64,000 bases of DNA, from assembly GCA_965222575.1 (NCBI GenBank), contig OZ244958.1, positions 1,151,847 through 1,215,846 on the forward strand, written 5' to 3'. The translations under genes and the position numbers were made by a program. This document shows positions 22,682-32,316 of this stretch, one piece after another (position 1 is the first letter of the stretch; the number at the start of each line of letters is the position of its first letter). Under the pieces are notes generated by a model, which saw nothing but the letters and a program-made list of their open reading frames with translations, searched no databases and had not been told where the DNA came from. Source of the DNA: Alphaproteobacteria bacterium (GTDB taxonomy: Bacteria; Pseudomonadota; Alphaproteobacteria; G965222575).

Positions 22682-23585
22682 GGGGGGGGGGGGCTCCCTT
22701 GATATGAATCTCCCACTGCAATTTAATTCCCTGCGTATCATAAACTCTTTTCCTAATCATCTCCCCTAAATTCTCTATGTCCGTAGCTGTTCCATGACCA
22801 AGATTGATAATAAAATTACAATGATCGCGCGACACCATAGCCCCGCCACAGCACAATCCACAACAGCCCGCTTTTTCTATAACCTGCCAAGCCTTCTCCC
22901 CTTCAGAAGGATTCTTAAAAGTAGAACCTCCCGTATTCTTAGGCTTCGGCTGAGTCCTCTGCCTCTCTTTAAGCAACTTCTCCATGAGCCCTACGATTTC
23001 TTGCCTCTCACCTTCCATGCCCCGCACCACAACCTCCGTTATAACAACCCCCTCAGGTATAGCCGTATAACGATACCCAAACCCCACCTCTTCTTTTTCC
23101 AACCATATCCCCTCTCCCCCTCTGCTCACACCCCGCGCCCCTACAAAAATATCCTCCACACACCTCCCATAAGCTCCCGCATTCATAATAACACCACCCC
23201 CAATAGTGCCAGGAATAGTCCTCAAAAACTCTAAACCCGATACGCCATGCTCCATAGCAAAAAGCGCTAACCGCATATGCGGCGTCCCACTCCCTACCCT
23301 TATAGTAACCGTACCCTTTTCCCTCCTCTCTATCTCCGTAAAACAAAATCTTCCCCTTAAACGAACTACCTTCCCCTCTATCCCCCCTTCCCGTACCAAT
23401 GTATTCGCCCCAGCCCCAAGAACCGTTACCCCAACTGCGTCACCCCAACCCTTCAATAACCCTATCAAATCTTCCTCATCTTGCGGAAAATACAAATCTC
23501 CAACCCCGCCAACACGAAACCATGTCCAATTCTTCAAAGACTCACCCAAAAGAACTTTTCCCCTAAACTTCACAATCTTGACCAC
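22674..23585 (-). CDS. murB: UDP-N-acetylenolpyruvoylglucosamine reductase
   Basis: WFRVGG, IPGTIGG..MNAGAYG, GSTFKNP, HCNF. Confidence 0.95.
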   Translation of the reverse strand: MVKIVKFRGKVLLGESLKNWTWFRVGGVGDLYFPQDEEDLIGLLKGWGDAVGVTVLGAGANTLVREGGIEGKVVRLRGRFCFTEIERREKGTVTIRVGSGTPHMRLALFAMEHGVSGLEFLRTIPGTIGGGVIMNAGAYGRCVEDIFVGARGVSRGGEGIWLEKEEVGFGYRYTAIPEGVVITEVVVRGMEGERQEIVGLMEKLLKERQRTQPKPKNTGGSTFKNPSEGEKAWQVIEKAGCCGLCCGGAMVSRDHCNFIINLGHGTATDIENLGEMIRKRVYDTQGIKLQWEIHIKGAPPPHD

Positions 23586-24984
23586 AGATTCTTGCCCACG
23601 AAGTGATATCTCCAGCTCCCATAAAAATAATCATATCCCCTTCCTCTACAACCCGCACAAGCTGCTCGCGTAACGCCTCATAACAACCGGGCTTCCAAAC
23701 ACAACACTCCGATTGGCGCTCTATAGATGAAGCAATAGACCCCACACTAACCCCCTCAATAGCCTCCTCACCAGCCCCATAAATAGGCGTCACAAAAACA
23801 CCAGTTGCCTCCTTGAAAGCACACGCTACTTCTCCCTTGAGTAACGCCATGCGCGAATACCTATGCGGCTGAAACACAACCCATATCTGACCCCTACCAT
23901 AAGCGTTCACAACAGAACGCACCGTCAATAACACTTCCTCAACAGACCGCGGGTGATGCGCATAATCATCAATCACCAGTGCCTTATTCAAAAACCTTCC
24001 ACAAGGCGTAAAACGCCGCTGCGGTAAAACAAAAGAAAATCCTAAAAGACCTTTGATATCAACTTTCGCAACATCCGCCGCTACTATCGCACCCAACGCA
24101 TTCACAACATTATAAGTCCCAAGAGCTTTCGATACAAAAGATAACCAAGGCTGTCCCTGCTTTTGTACATCAAACTTCACTTCGAAATTCCCTCGATTCC
24201 CCTCCATCCTCACATTCATAGCCCGATAGTCCAACCCCTCCTCTAACCCATAACTCACAAGACAACAGGCAGGCGAAGATAAAAAAATCTCTCTAATAGC
24301 CCTATCATCACAAAACCCCACAACAGTAGCTGAACGAGAAAGACCATGAACATAATCATAAAATCTCTCGTAAAGCACCCCTACATCCTTATAAAAATCC
24401 ATATGGTCATTATCTATACTCGTCAAAACCGTAACAAACGGACGATAAGATAAAAAACTATTATCAGATTCATCTGCCTCCGCTACACACCACTTCCCCT
24501 TCCCCATCCTCAGATTACTATCCCAAGAAGACACAACCCCTCCATTGAAAACCGTCGGATCCCATCCCGCCGCCTCAAGCAAAGACGCCGTCATAGTCGT
24601 CGTAGTCGTCTTCCCATGAGTGCCAGTCACAACAATGCTACAGTAAGGCTTAAGACACCAATTCAACAACTCACTTCTATGAAACAAGGGAAGCCCTAAC
24701 CGCAAAGCTTCTACACGCTCAGGGTGAGAAGGACCGATAGCAGAAGAAAAAATAACAGCACCCGCTCCCTTTAGAGTCTCCGCCCCTTGCTCCCCAATAC
24801 GCACATCAATGCCCATATTGCGCAGCTTCTCAGTCATTTTCCCATGACAACTATCACTCCCCTGTACACAAAAATCTTGCACCTTCAAAAAAGCCGCCAA
24901 CGCACTCATCCCTATCCCCCCTATACCACTAAAGTGAATAGAAACCTCTTTTTTATTTCTCAGAATTTTATCTAATAAATGCAT
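23563..24984 (-). CDS. murC: UDP-N-acetylmuramate--L-alanine ligase
   Basis: GIGGIGMSALA, GTHGKTTT, EADESD, DDYAHHP, FQPHRYSR. Confidence 0.96.
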   Translation of the reverse strand: MHLLDKILRNKKEVSIHFSGIGGIGMSALAAFLKVQDFCVQGSDSCHGKMTEKLRNMGIDVRIGEQGAETLKGAGAVIFSSAIGPSHPERVEALRLGLPLFHRSELLNWCLKPYCSIVVTGTHGKTTTTTMTASLLEAAGWDPTVFNGGVVSSWDSNLRMGKGKWCVAEADESDNSFLSYRPFVTVLTSIDNDHMDFYKDVGVLYERFYDYVHGLSRSATVVGFCDDRAIREIFLSSPACCLVSYGLEEGLDYRAMNVRMEGNRGNFEVKFDVQKQGQPWLSFVSKALGTYNVVNALGAIVAADVAKVDIKGLLGFSFVLPQRRFTPCGRFLNKALVIDDYAHHPRSVEEVLLTVRSVVNAYGRGQIWVVFQPHRYSRMALLKGEVACAFKEATGVFVTPIYGAGEEAIEGVSVGSIASSIERQSECCVWKPGCYEALREQLVRVVEEGDMIIFMGAGDITSWARICGQDCEV

Positions 24985-25023
24985 ATAAAAAAGATACTTA
25001 TATCAAATACCTAGTCATTCTAA

Positions 25024-26076
25024 CTACAATTTTCCCAAGACCAATTGCCCCAGATTCTCCGTGGCCTGTTCATTCCCCAACTCCTTCATAGCCTTTCCAT
25101 AAGATTTTCCTATAGACGGGGGTAAAAGCTTCAATAAGGCTGTAACCCAACCATCCAGAGATAACTCTTTTTCTTGTAACAAAATCGCTGCCTTTTTTTG
25201 TTGAAAAAATTGCCCATTGCGTAACTGGTGGTTATCCAAAGAGCTATGAAGCGGAACCAAAATAGCAGGAACCCCTAAAAAGGCTATTTCCCAAAGAGTA
25301 GAGGCTCCACACCGACTGATAACCAGATCCGCTCTAGACATCTTAAAAGGCAAATCCTCCATCCAAGATGATACTTTCGCCTGTATCTTCAAGGTCGAAT
25401 ATATCTCCTCTAACATCTCTACCCCCTCCTTAGTACATTGATGATAAACACAGAGATTCTTAATCCCTTTAAGGCGCACAGACATGGCTATGGCATGGGG
25501 CAAGTGATAAGAAAAAATATTGCTCCCAAGAGTCCCAGAGGTAATCACAATACTGCTCCCCTCTTGCATCCTTCCCCTCCCTTTAGACAGTAAAACCTTC
25601 TCCCCTATAGGCATACCCGTACAGATAACACCTCTTCTTTTACCCTTAGCAGGAAAAGAAACAGCCATAACACTAGAAAAAGGGCGCAAAACCCTGTTAG
25701 CCCTTCCCCAATAAGAATTTTGCTCGTGGAGAAGTAGGGGAATCTTCTGACACCACGCTGCAATACCAACAGGTACAGAGGTATAACTCCCAAAACAAAC
25801 CACCCGTTGAGAAGCCTGTGTCTTCAGTAACCTCCTCGTATATCTTACGGCCTTCAACAGCAACCACAAGGCTCTTACTATACGCAAAGTCCCCCCTGTC
25901 GGACTAGAAACTTGAATGACAAAATAGGGAAAATCCTTGAGAAATTTCTCTCCGCGCACATCCGTAATAAAACAAACATCACAGTAACGACACGATAACC
26001 ATTTTCCTAATGCTAAAGCGGGCGAAAGGTGTCCCGCTGTTCCACCAGCTACTATCATCACACGCTTCACTTCCAT
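25024..26076 (-). CDS. murG: Lipid II GlcNAc transferase
   Basis: GGTAGH, HEQN..GRANR, SRCGASTL, HQLRN. Confidence 0.93.
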   Translation of the reverse strand: MEVKRVMIVAGGTAGHLSPALALGKWLSCRYCDVCFITDVRGEKFLKDFPYFVIQVSSPTGGTLRIVRALWLLLKAVRYTRRLLKTQASQRVVCFGSYTSVPVGIAAWCQKIPLLLHEQNSYWGRANRVLRPFSSVMAVSFPAKGKRRGVICTGMPIGEKVLLSKGRGRMQEGSSIVITSGTLGSNIFSYHLPHAIAMSVRLKGIKNLCVYHQCTKEGVEMLEEIYSTLKIQAKVSSWMEDLPFKMSRADLVISRCGASTLWEIAFLGVPAILVPLHSSLDNHQLRNGQFFQQKKAAILLQEKELSLDGWVTALLKLLPPSIGKSYGKAMKELGNEQATENLGQLVLGKL

Positions 26077-27209
26077 GATTTCTCCTCTGACATAAGGGCT
26101 TCCATCCTTGAAATCCGCAACAAAGATAATAAAAATCCCATAGCAATACTAGACGACAATAAAGAGGAACCTCCATAAGAAATAAAGGGCAATGTCATCC
26201 CTGTATTGGGTAAAAGAGCAAGATTAACTGCCATATGAATAAAGGCCTGAAAAATAAAGTGACAGAGTAAACCACAGCTAGCTAGTAGTAAAAAAGACTC
26301 TCTGGACAATAAAGCCGTTCTCATCCCCCGTAAAAATATCAGTAAAAATATCAACATAATTGGTACAACAAGAATCATACCATACTCCTCTGCTATAACA
26401 GAAAAAATAAAGTCATTATGAGCCTCTGGAAGACTTTTCCCTAACACCCCACGATTCACGCCAACACCTAAGATATGCGCCCTAAAAACCCCTCCTAGAG
26501 ACTGTATCGTTTGAAAATCCCCCCCCTGAAAAAACCCTAAAACACGAACAGAAAAATGCGGAAATATAAACCACAATGCCACACCATTTATAGCAACTAT
26601 CCCTAACAAAACACAAAACCATCTCATATAAACGCCCGATAAAAAAACCTGACACCCCCACACAGAACATATCAACACTGCCATGCCAATATCAGGCTGT
26701 ATCACCGTCAACCCTATCACGCCTACCAACAGTACGCAGGATAACACAAAAGGCCTATTAAAAGACCCCGTATTAATCCCTTTAGACAGTAACATCGCTG
26801 TTTGAATCGCAAAAAAAGGACGAATAATCTCAGAAGGTTGTAAAGACTGCCCCAACAGGGATATCCAACGCCGAGAAGCATTGACCTCAATCCCTACAAA
26901 ATAGGTTAAAAACAACAACAAGAAAAATAACAAAAATCCCAGCAATGCTAAGACTTGTAGGCTTCTTTTGTTCACAAAAGATAACCCCAACATCAGACAA
27001 AAACCCAAACACAAAAACACAGTTTGCCGAGTCAAAAAATGAAGAAACCAAAGGTGCTTTCTTTCCGCAGCCAATACCCCCACATTGACCATGGACAGGA
27101 AACCAATAGCAAACAGTAACAATAACAGCACAAAAATGACTCTGTCCACACCCCACCACCACAAAAGCACGTACTTCTTAACATGCCTAAGAGGTAAAAA
27201 CTCCATCAT
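26067..27209 (-). CDS. ftsW: SEDS peptidoglycan glycosyltransferase FtsW
   Basis: RRWI..QPSE, QPDIG, LPEAHNDFIFS..EEYG, PFISYGGSS; within the dcw cluster. Confidence 0.93.
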   Translation of the reverse strand: MMEFLPLRHVKKYVLLWWWGVDRVIFVLLLLLFAIGFLSMVNVGVLAAERKHLWFLHFLTRQTVFLCLGFCLMLGLSFVNKRSLQVLALLGFLLFFLLLFLTYFVGIEVNASRRWISLLGQSLQPSEIIRPFFAIQTAMLLSKGINTGSFNRPFVLSCVLLVGVIGLTVIQPDIGMAVLICSVWGCQVFLSGVYMRWFCVLLGIVAINGVALWFIFPHFSVRVLGFFQGGDFQTIQSLGGVFRAHILGVGVNRGVLGKSLPEAHNDFIFSVIAEEYGMILVVPIMLIFLLIFLRGMRTALLSRESFLLLASCGLLCHFIFQAFIHMAVNLALLPNTGMTLPFISYGGSSLLSSSIAMGFLLSLLRISRMEALMSEEKSWK

Positions 27210-28558
27210 CTTGCGTGCTGCTTCACCAATTGCAAAAACGTCTCCCCTCTCTGCTCAAAATTATCAAACTGGTCAAAAGAAGCACATCCCGGAGAAAACA
27301 AAACAACACTTTTTCCATCTCTATCCTCTCTAGCACGCCTAAAGGCTTGATGAACTGCCGCCTCTAACACATAGCACAGATGAACAGGACACTTATCCCG
27401 TAAAAGACCTTGCCATTTCCTAGCACAAGAACCCACGAGAAAAATCTCCTTAATCTTCCCCAACACAGGTAAAAGAGGCTCTATGCTGTCTTCTCCCTTT
27501 TCTTGTCCGCCAGCAATCCAATAAACGGAAGAAAACTGCTCTAACGCAAAGGCCGCCGCCGTCATATTCGTTGCTTTAGAATCATTATAAAAATCTACGC
27601 CCTCATGACATCCAGCCCATTGAATCCGGTGAGGCAACGGAGAAAACCCCTCTAAAGACAACCCTTCAGGCAAGTCCTCGCCCCCCATCTCCAAAACCTT
27701 CACTAGTGCTCCAACAGCTCCAAGAACATTATGAGAGGTACAATGACCAAGGGCAACCTTCATCACCTTCCTCCTTCCTAAATAAAGATTCTCCCCCCTC
27801 AACGCTATGCCACGCTTAGTAAACCTTCCACCAAGAGTTAAAGGAATAACATGCTCCTGCCCTTTAGAACACATCTCTTCATAAACCAAATGCGTATTAG
27901 GACAATCTACACACAAAAGGGCTATATCTTCTTGTCTTTTATTCTTGAACATGTTTTTCTTAGCAGCAACATACCGCTCAAATGTCCCATGACGATCCTT
28001 GTGATCCTGTTGCAGATTTAACAAAACCGATACAGGTGCTCTAAAAGTCTCAATTAAATCCAACTGAAAAGAGGAGGTCTCAAGTACATAACAATCCACT
28101 TCTTCCTTCTCTAATAAATCTAGACAAGGCGTGCCAGCATTGCCTCCTACTGCGACTCTTTTTCCCAACTGCTCTAGCAAAAATTTTAACAAAAACACTG
28201 TTGTTGTCTTGCCATTCGTCCCACCCACCGCAACCACAGGCTTACACGGCAAAACCCATGAAAAAAGCTCAAAATCCCCAATAACTCTAATACCAGCTTT
28301 CTTAGCCTCAGTAACCACAGGATGACAAAACGGGGCATACAAGGGAATGCCGGGTGCTACAATAAGTGCACGAAATATCGATAAATCTACCGCCTTAGGA
28401 TGGCACATTCTAATAGAAGGATAACAACCTCCTACCTGTAAACGGCAATTAGGATTATCGTCCCATGCAACCAGCTCACAACCCCTTGAAGACAAAAAAC
28501 GCAAAACAGAACGACCACTTTTCCCCAACCCAAAAATAAAAAACCGACCTTCTATCAT
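27206..28558 (-). CDS. murD: UDP-MurNAc-L-Ala--D-Glu ligase
   Basis: GLGKSG, GTNGKTTT, SSFQL, NDSKATN, SPGCASFDQF. Confidence 0.96.
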   Translation of the reverse strand: MIEGRFFIFGLGKSGRSVLRFLSSRGCELVAWDDNPNCRLQVGGCYPSIRMCHPKAVDLSIFRALIVAPGIPLYAPFCHPVVTEAKKAGIRVIGDFELFSWVLPCKPVVAVGGTNGKTTTVFLLKFLLEQLGKRVAVGGNAGTPCLDLLEKEEVDCYVLETSSFQLDLIETFRAPVSVLLNLQQDHKDRHGTFERYVAAKKNMFKNKRQEDIALLCVDCPNTHLVYEEMCSKGQEHVIPLTLGGRFTKRGIALRGENLYLGRRKVMKVALGHCTSHNVLGAVGALVKVLEMGGEDLPEGLSLEGFSPLPHRIQWAGCHEGVDFYNDSKATNMTAAAFALEQFSSVYWIAGGQEKGEDSIEPLLPVLGKIKEIFLVGSCARKWQGLLRDKCPVHLCYVLEAAVHQAFRRAREDRDGKSVVLFSPGCASFDQFDNFEQRGETFLQLVKQHAR

Positions 28559-28565
28559 AATCCTC

Positions 28566-29660
28566 CTAGCGCAATTTCAGCATAGCCAAACCAGCTAAGG
28601 CTAACAAAAGCGTAATAATCCAAAGACGAATCACAATGGTTGACTCCTCCCAACCTTTCTTTTCTAAGTGATGGTGAAAAGGCGCAATCTGAAAAACACG
28701 CCGACCAAAAACCCTAAAGGAAAACATCTGAACCATCACCGACAGCGCCTCAAAAACAAAAAGACCCCCTATCACTAAAAGAGTAAGCTCATGCTTCGTC
28801 ATCACTGCTATCCCTCCTATCAAAGCCCCAATAGGCAAACTCCCTGTATCTCCCATAAAAATCCTCGCAGGCGGCGCATTATACCACAAAAATCCCAAAC
28901 AAGACCCAATCATCGCTCCACAAATAACAGATAACTCTCCTACCCCACGAATAAAAGGCACATGTAAGTAATCGGCAAACACACTGTGACCTACAAAATA
29001 CGCAATAAATCCAAAACTTCCCGCCACAATCACCGCAGGTACCGTCACTAACCCATCCAACCCATCCGTCAAATTCACCCCATTGGCACACCCCACAACC
29101 ACACACACACTAAAAGGAATGAAAAACCAACCCAAATCTATCTGTAAATCTCTGAAAAGAGGAAAAAATAAAATCGTATCCACCGAAGAAGGCAAAAATT
29201 GCAAAATCCCCCATGACCAAAAAATCGCCACAAGAACTTCCATAAAAAGACGCTTGCGCGGCGATAAACCCCTGTGACCAGAACCTCGAAAATTCATCCA
29301 ATCATCTACAAAACCTATAAGACCAAACCCCACTACAAGTGCTAAACTCAACCCTATAAACCCAACAGAAATATCCGCCCAAATCATCCCCGAAACCACA
29401 AGAGACAATAAAATTAAAACACCCCCCATGCTCGGCGTGGTTTGCTTGCGCACACCATGATGCTCAAGACCTAAACGCTGCGTGGCAATACGCAAAAATT
29501 TCCCTTGCCACCTCTTCATCATCGTAATCGTACAAGGCATGAAAAAAAATACTATCAAAAATCCAAAAATAAACGCCATGCCAGAACGAAACGTCAGGTA
29601 CTTAAAGACATGAAAAAACGGATACTCTCCAAAATAAGGATATAAAAAATAGTACAGCAT
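28566..29660 (-). CDS. mraY: Phospho-N-acetylmuramoyl-pentapeptide transferase
   Basis: TPSMGG, NLTDGLDGL, FMGDTGS, APFHHHLE. Confidence 0.97.
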   Translation of the reverse strand: MLYYFLYPYFGEYPFFHVFKYLTFRSGMAFIFGFLIVFFFMPCTITMMKRWQGKFLRIATQRLGLEHHGVRKQTTPSMGGVLILLSLVVSGMIWADISVGFIGLSLALVVGFGLIGFVDDWMNFRGSGHRGLSPRKRLFMEVLVAIFWSWGILQFLPSSVDTILFFPLFRDLQIDLGWFFIPFSVCVVVGCANGVNLTDGLDGLVTVPAVIVAGSFGFIAYFVGHSVFADYLHVPFIRGVGELSVICGAMIGSCLGFLWYNAPPARIFMGDTGSLPIGALIGGIAVMTKHELTLLVIGGLFVFEALSVMVQMFSFRVFGRRVFQIAPFHHHLEKKGWEESTIVIRLWIITLLLALAGLAMLKLR

Positions 29661-29667
29661 AAACCCG

Positions 29668-31092
29668 CTACTCCTTCTCCCCTATACTCCCCTCATCCCC
29701 CCTAAGAAAAGCCACTACCTTATCCATCCTCATGGAACAAGACCCCTTAACTAAAAAAATGTCTCCCTCCTCAGGAGACGGTAAGTGCGATAGCAAATCC
29801 CCCATCTCCTCCGCATACCACCCCCTAAGAGATTCCGGAAGCACCGTAAACAGCTCCTTCATCATAGACCCTATACAGTAAACTTTACGGACTCTCGCTC
29901 CTAAAAGCAAAGGCAAAATCTCCCGGTGACGTAAAGTACTCTCCGACCCCAACTCTACCATATCTCCTAATACCGCAACAAAACTCCCACCCAGCCTAGC
30001 CCCTAAACGACCAGTAGACAAAATCGCCGCCCTCATGGAAGCAGAAGAAGCATTATAACTCTCATCTACTATCAAAAATGACTGCTCCTCAAATGAACAT
30101 CGTAATACCTCTCCCCTCCTCGGTAATAATCGAAAAGACGATAACGCTTTCAACCCTCTTCCCTCCTCCAACCCCAACCCCTTGCAAACAGACGCTACCG
30201 TAGCAAAAATACATAAAAATCGCTCATCCTCACAAAAAGACGGAAACCCGCCTAACCTCCAACGCTTCTCCCCCATCTCTATCTCACACCCTCCCTCACA
30301 AGGAGACCACCTCACACCCTTTCTACCCCCCACCGACGCATGAAAATTCAAAATACGCATCCCACTACCATCCCTATCCCCAGATAAAGATTGAAAAACC
30401 GCTACCTTCTTCCCCTGTAACCCCTCAAATATCATCGCTTTTTCCTTCACCAATGCCCCAAAATCTTCAAAATACCCCAAGTGCGCATCCCCTATATTCG
30501 TAATCACAGCAACATCAGGAGAAACTAAACGCGTAAGAGGCAACATCTCCCCCCTAGCACTAATCCCTATCTCCAACACACCCACACCAGCTAAAGGAGG
30601 CATATTCGCCAAACACAGCGGAACCCCCAAATGATTATTATAATTGCCCTCCGATTCATACACTCGCGGAAAAAAAACCCTCAACCCTTCAGCAAGCGCA
30701 TGCTTAACCGTCGTCTTCCCCACACTGCCTGTAATAGCAATCACAGGAGAAAAAAACCGCTTGCGTCCCCCCTCCCCAAGACACACAAGCGCTTTATAAG
30801 GGTCTCTTACCTTTACTACACGCCCACCACGTTCACTCAAAACACCATCAGGCACACTAGAAACAAGACACAAACCCGCTCCCTTCTTAAGCGCTGCCTC
30901 CACATAGTCCTCTCCACGCGCCCTCTTCCCCCTTAACGCTACGAAAATCCCTCCCTCTTCAAGCTTTCGCGTGTCTAAACTCACTCGCGATAACCACCCC
31001 TCACCCCCTTCCATTTCCCCTTCAATATGAGAAAACAAAAGAGATTTTACCTCTTCCCGCCTCCAGAGCTTTGACGTTTGTTCTTCAAACAT
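29668..31092 (-). CDS. murF: UDP-MurNAc-tripeptide--D-Ala-D-Ala ligase
   Basis: DTR, ITGSVGKTT, NNHLGVP, DESYNAS, LGDMVELG. Confidence 0.93.
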   Translation of the reverse strand: MFEEQTSKLWRREEVKSLLFSHIEGEMEGGEGWLSRVSLDTRKLEEGGIFVALRGKRARGEDYVEAALKKGAGLCLVSSVPDGVLSERGGRVVKVRDPYKALVCLGEGGRKRFFSPVIAITGSVGKTTVKHALAEGLRVFFPRVYESEGNYNNHLGVPLCLANMPPLAGVGVLEIGISARGEMLPLTRLVSPDVAVITNIGDAHLGYFEDFGALVKEKAMIFEGLQGKKVAVFQSLSGDRDGSGMRILNFHASVGGRKGVRWSPCEGGCEIEMGEKRWRLGGFPSFCEDERFLCIFATVASVCKGLGLEEGRGLKALSSFRLLPRRGEVLRCSFEEQSFLIVDESYNASSASMRAAILSTGRLGARLGGSFVAVLGDMVELGSESTLRHREILPLLLGARVRKVYCIGSMMKELFTVLPESLRGWYAEEMGDLLSHLPSPEEGDIFLVKGSCSMRMDKVVAFLRGDEGSIGEKE

Positions 31093-32300
31093 TCCTTCAC
31101 CACAACCCCATCTTGAAAATCTAATACTTTATCCCCTATAATCTGAACTTTCTCGTGACCCTTGCCAGCCACTACCAATAAATCTCCTCCCTGCAAGTCC
31201 TCTATAGCCTGACGAATCGCCTCACCCCTATCAGGAATCTCCACCCCCTTCCTACAAACCCCCAAAATCGTACGCCGAATAGACCCAGGGTCTTCATCAC
31301 GAGGATTATCATTGGTCACATAAACCCTCTGAGCATAAGCTTGCACAACTTTCCCCATCCTCACCCTATTGCTCTCATCCCTTTGACCCCCACAACCAAA
31401 TACAACAGAAACTCTCCCCTTTTTCCCTGCCCAACGCTTCCCAGCTTTCAATACTAACTCCATAGCATCAGGCGTATGCGCATAATCTACATAAACCTTC
31501 CAAGGATCAGACACTTCATGCATCCTCTCAAGACGCCCCTCTACCTGTGGAAAAGTCCTCACAGCCTCCATCACCCTCTCCACCACCCCTTCTTCAAAAA
31601 GAAGACCAAGCGTAATCCCTAACGCACAAAGCGCATTCTGAGCCTCCCAATCCGTTCTCACATTCATAAAAGACCCATAAACTTTTCCTCCTACAGAAAC
31701 CTCAGCTCTATACCTCCCCTCCTCCACATTCCCCCAAACAAAAGACCCCCTAACCCCCTCCCATATCCCCCCATACTCCATCACAAACAGCTGCCTTCTC
31801 TCACTCTCCTCCTTCAAAACAGAAAAATACGGACTCCCCTTCGGTAATACCGCAACCCCACCCCATCTCACTACCTCCTGAAAAAGACGCAACTTCGACT
31901 GAAAATACTCCTCCTTCGTTCCATGATAATCCAAATGCTCAGACTCAAAATTCGTAAAAGCCCCCACCTCACAGGTTAACCCATCTATTCTACGCTGATC
32001 CAAACCATGACTAGAGGCTTCCAGTACCAAATAAGACACACCCTTCCTTTTTAAGGCTCTAGCAATCCTCTCAAGAACACGACCATCAGGCGTCGTTAAA
32101 TGCCCCTTCTCTATCTCCATACTCTCACCTTGCCCATCTCTCAATCCCAATGTCCCAAGAGAAACAGCTCCCCCTCCTCCAGCAGACTCCAGCAGATACT
32201 GCGTCCATATCACAACACTACTCTTCCCATTCGTCCCCGTCACCATAGCAATATGCTCTGGTTGATACTGATATTTCTTAACGGATTTCATGTCAGGCAA
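31047..32300 (-). CDS. murE: UDP-MurNAc-dipeptide--DAP ligase lacking the N-terminal domain
   Basis: VTGTNGKSS, LTTPD, EASSHGLDQ, VDYAHTPDA, DNPR (DAP-type), AGKGHE. Confidence 0.93.
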   Translation of the reverse strand: MPDMKSVKKYQYQPEHIAMVTGTNGKSSVVIWTQYLLESAGGGGAVSLGTLGLRDGQGESMEIEKGHLTTPDGRVLERIARALKRKGVSYLVLEASSHGLDQRRIDGLTCEVGAFTNFESEHLDYHGTKEEYFQSKLRLFQEVVRWGGVAVLPKGSPYFSVLKEESERRQLFVMEYGGIWEGVRGSFVWGNVEEGRYRAEVSVGGKVYGSFMNVRTDWEAQNALCALGITLGLLFEEGVVERVMEAVRTFPQVEGRLERMHEVSDPWKVYVDYAHTPDAMELVLKAGKRWAGKKGRVSVVFGCGGQRDESNRVRMGKVVQAYAQRVYVTNDNPRDEDPGSIRRTILGVCRKGVEIPDRGEAIRQAIEDLQGGDLLVVAGKGHEKVQIIGDKVLDFQDGVVVKECLKNKRQSSGGGKR

Positions 32301-32316
32301 TGCACAATACGGCTAT

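Noticed and set aside
22682-22693. G12 tract at the murB/ddl junction as a phase-variation switch
   Set aside because: It lies in the last codons of murB and upstream of the likely ddl ATG (22681). Slippage would change only the murB tail, and both genes are housekeeping.
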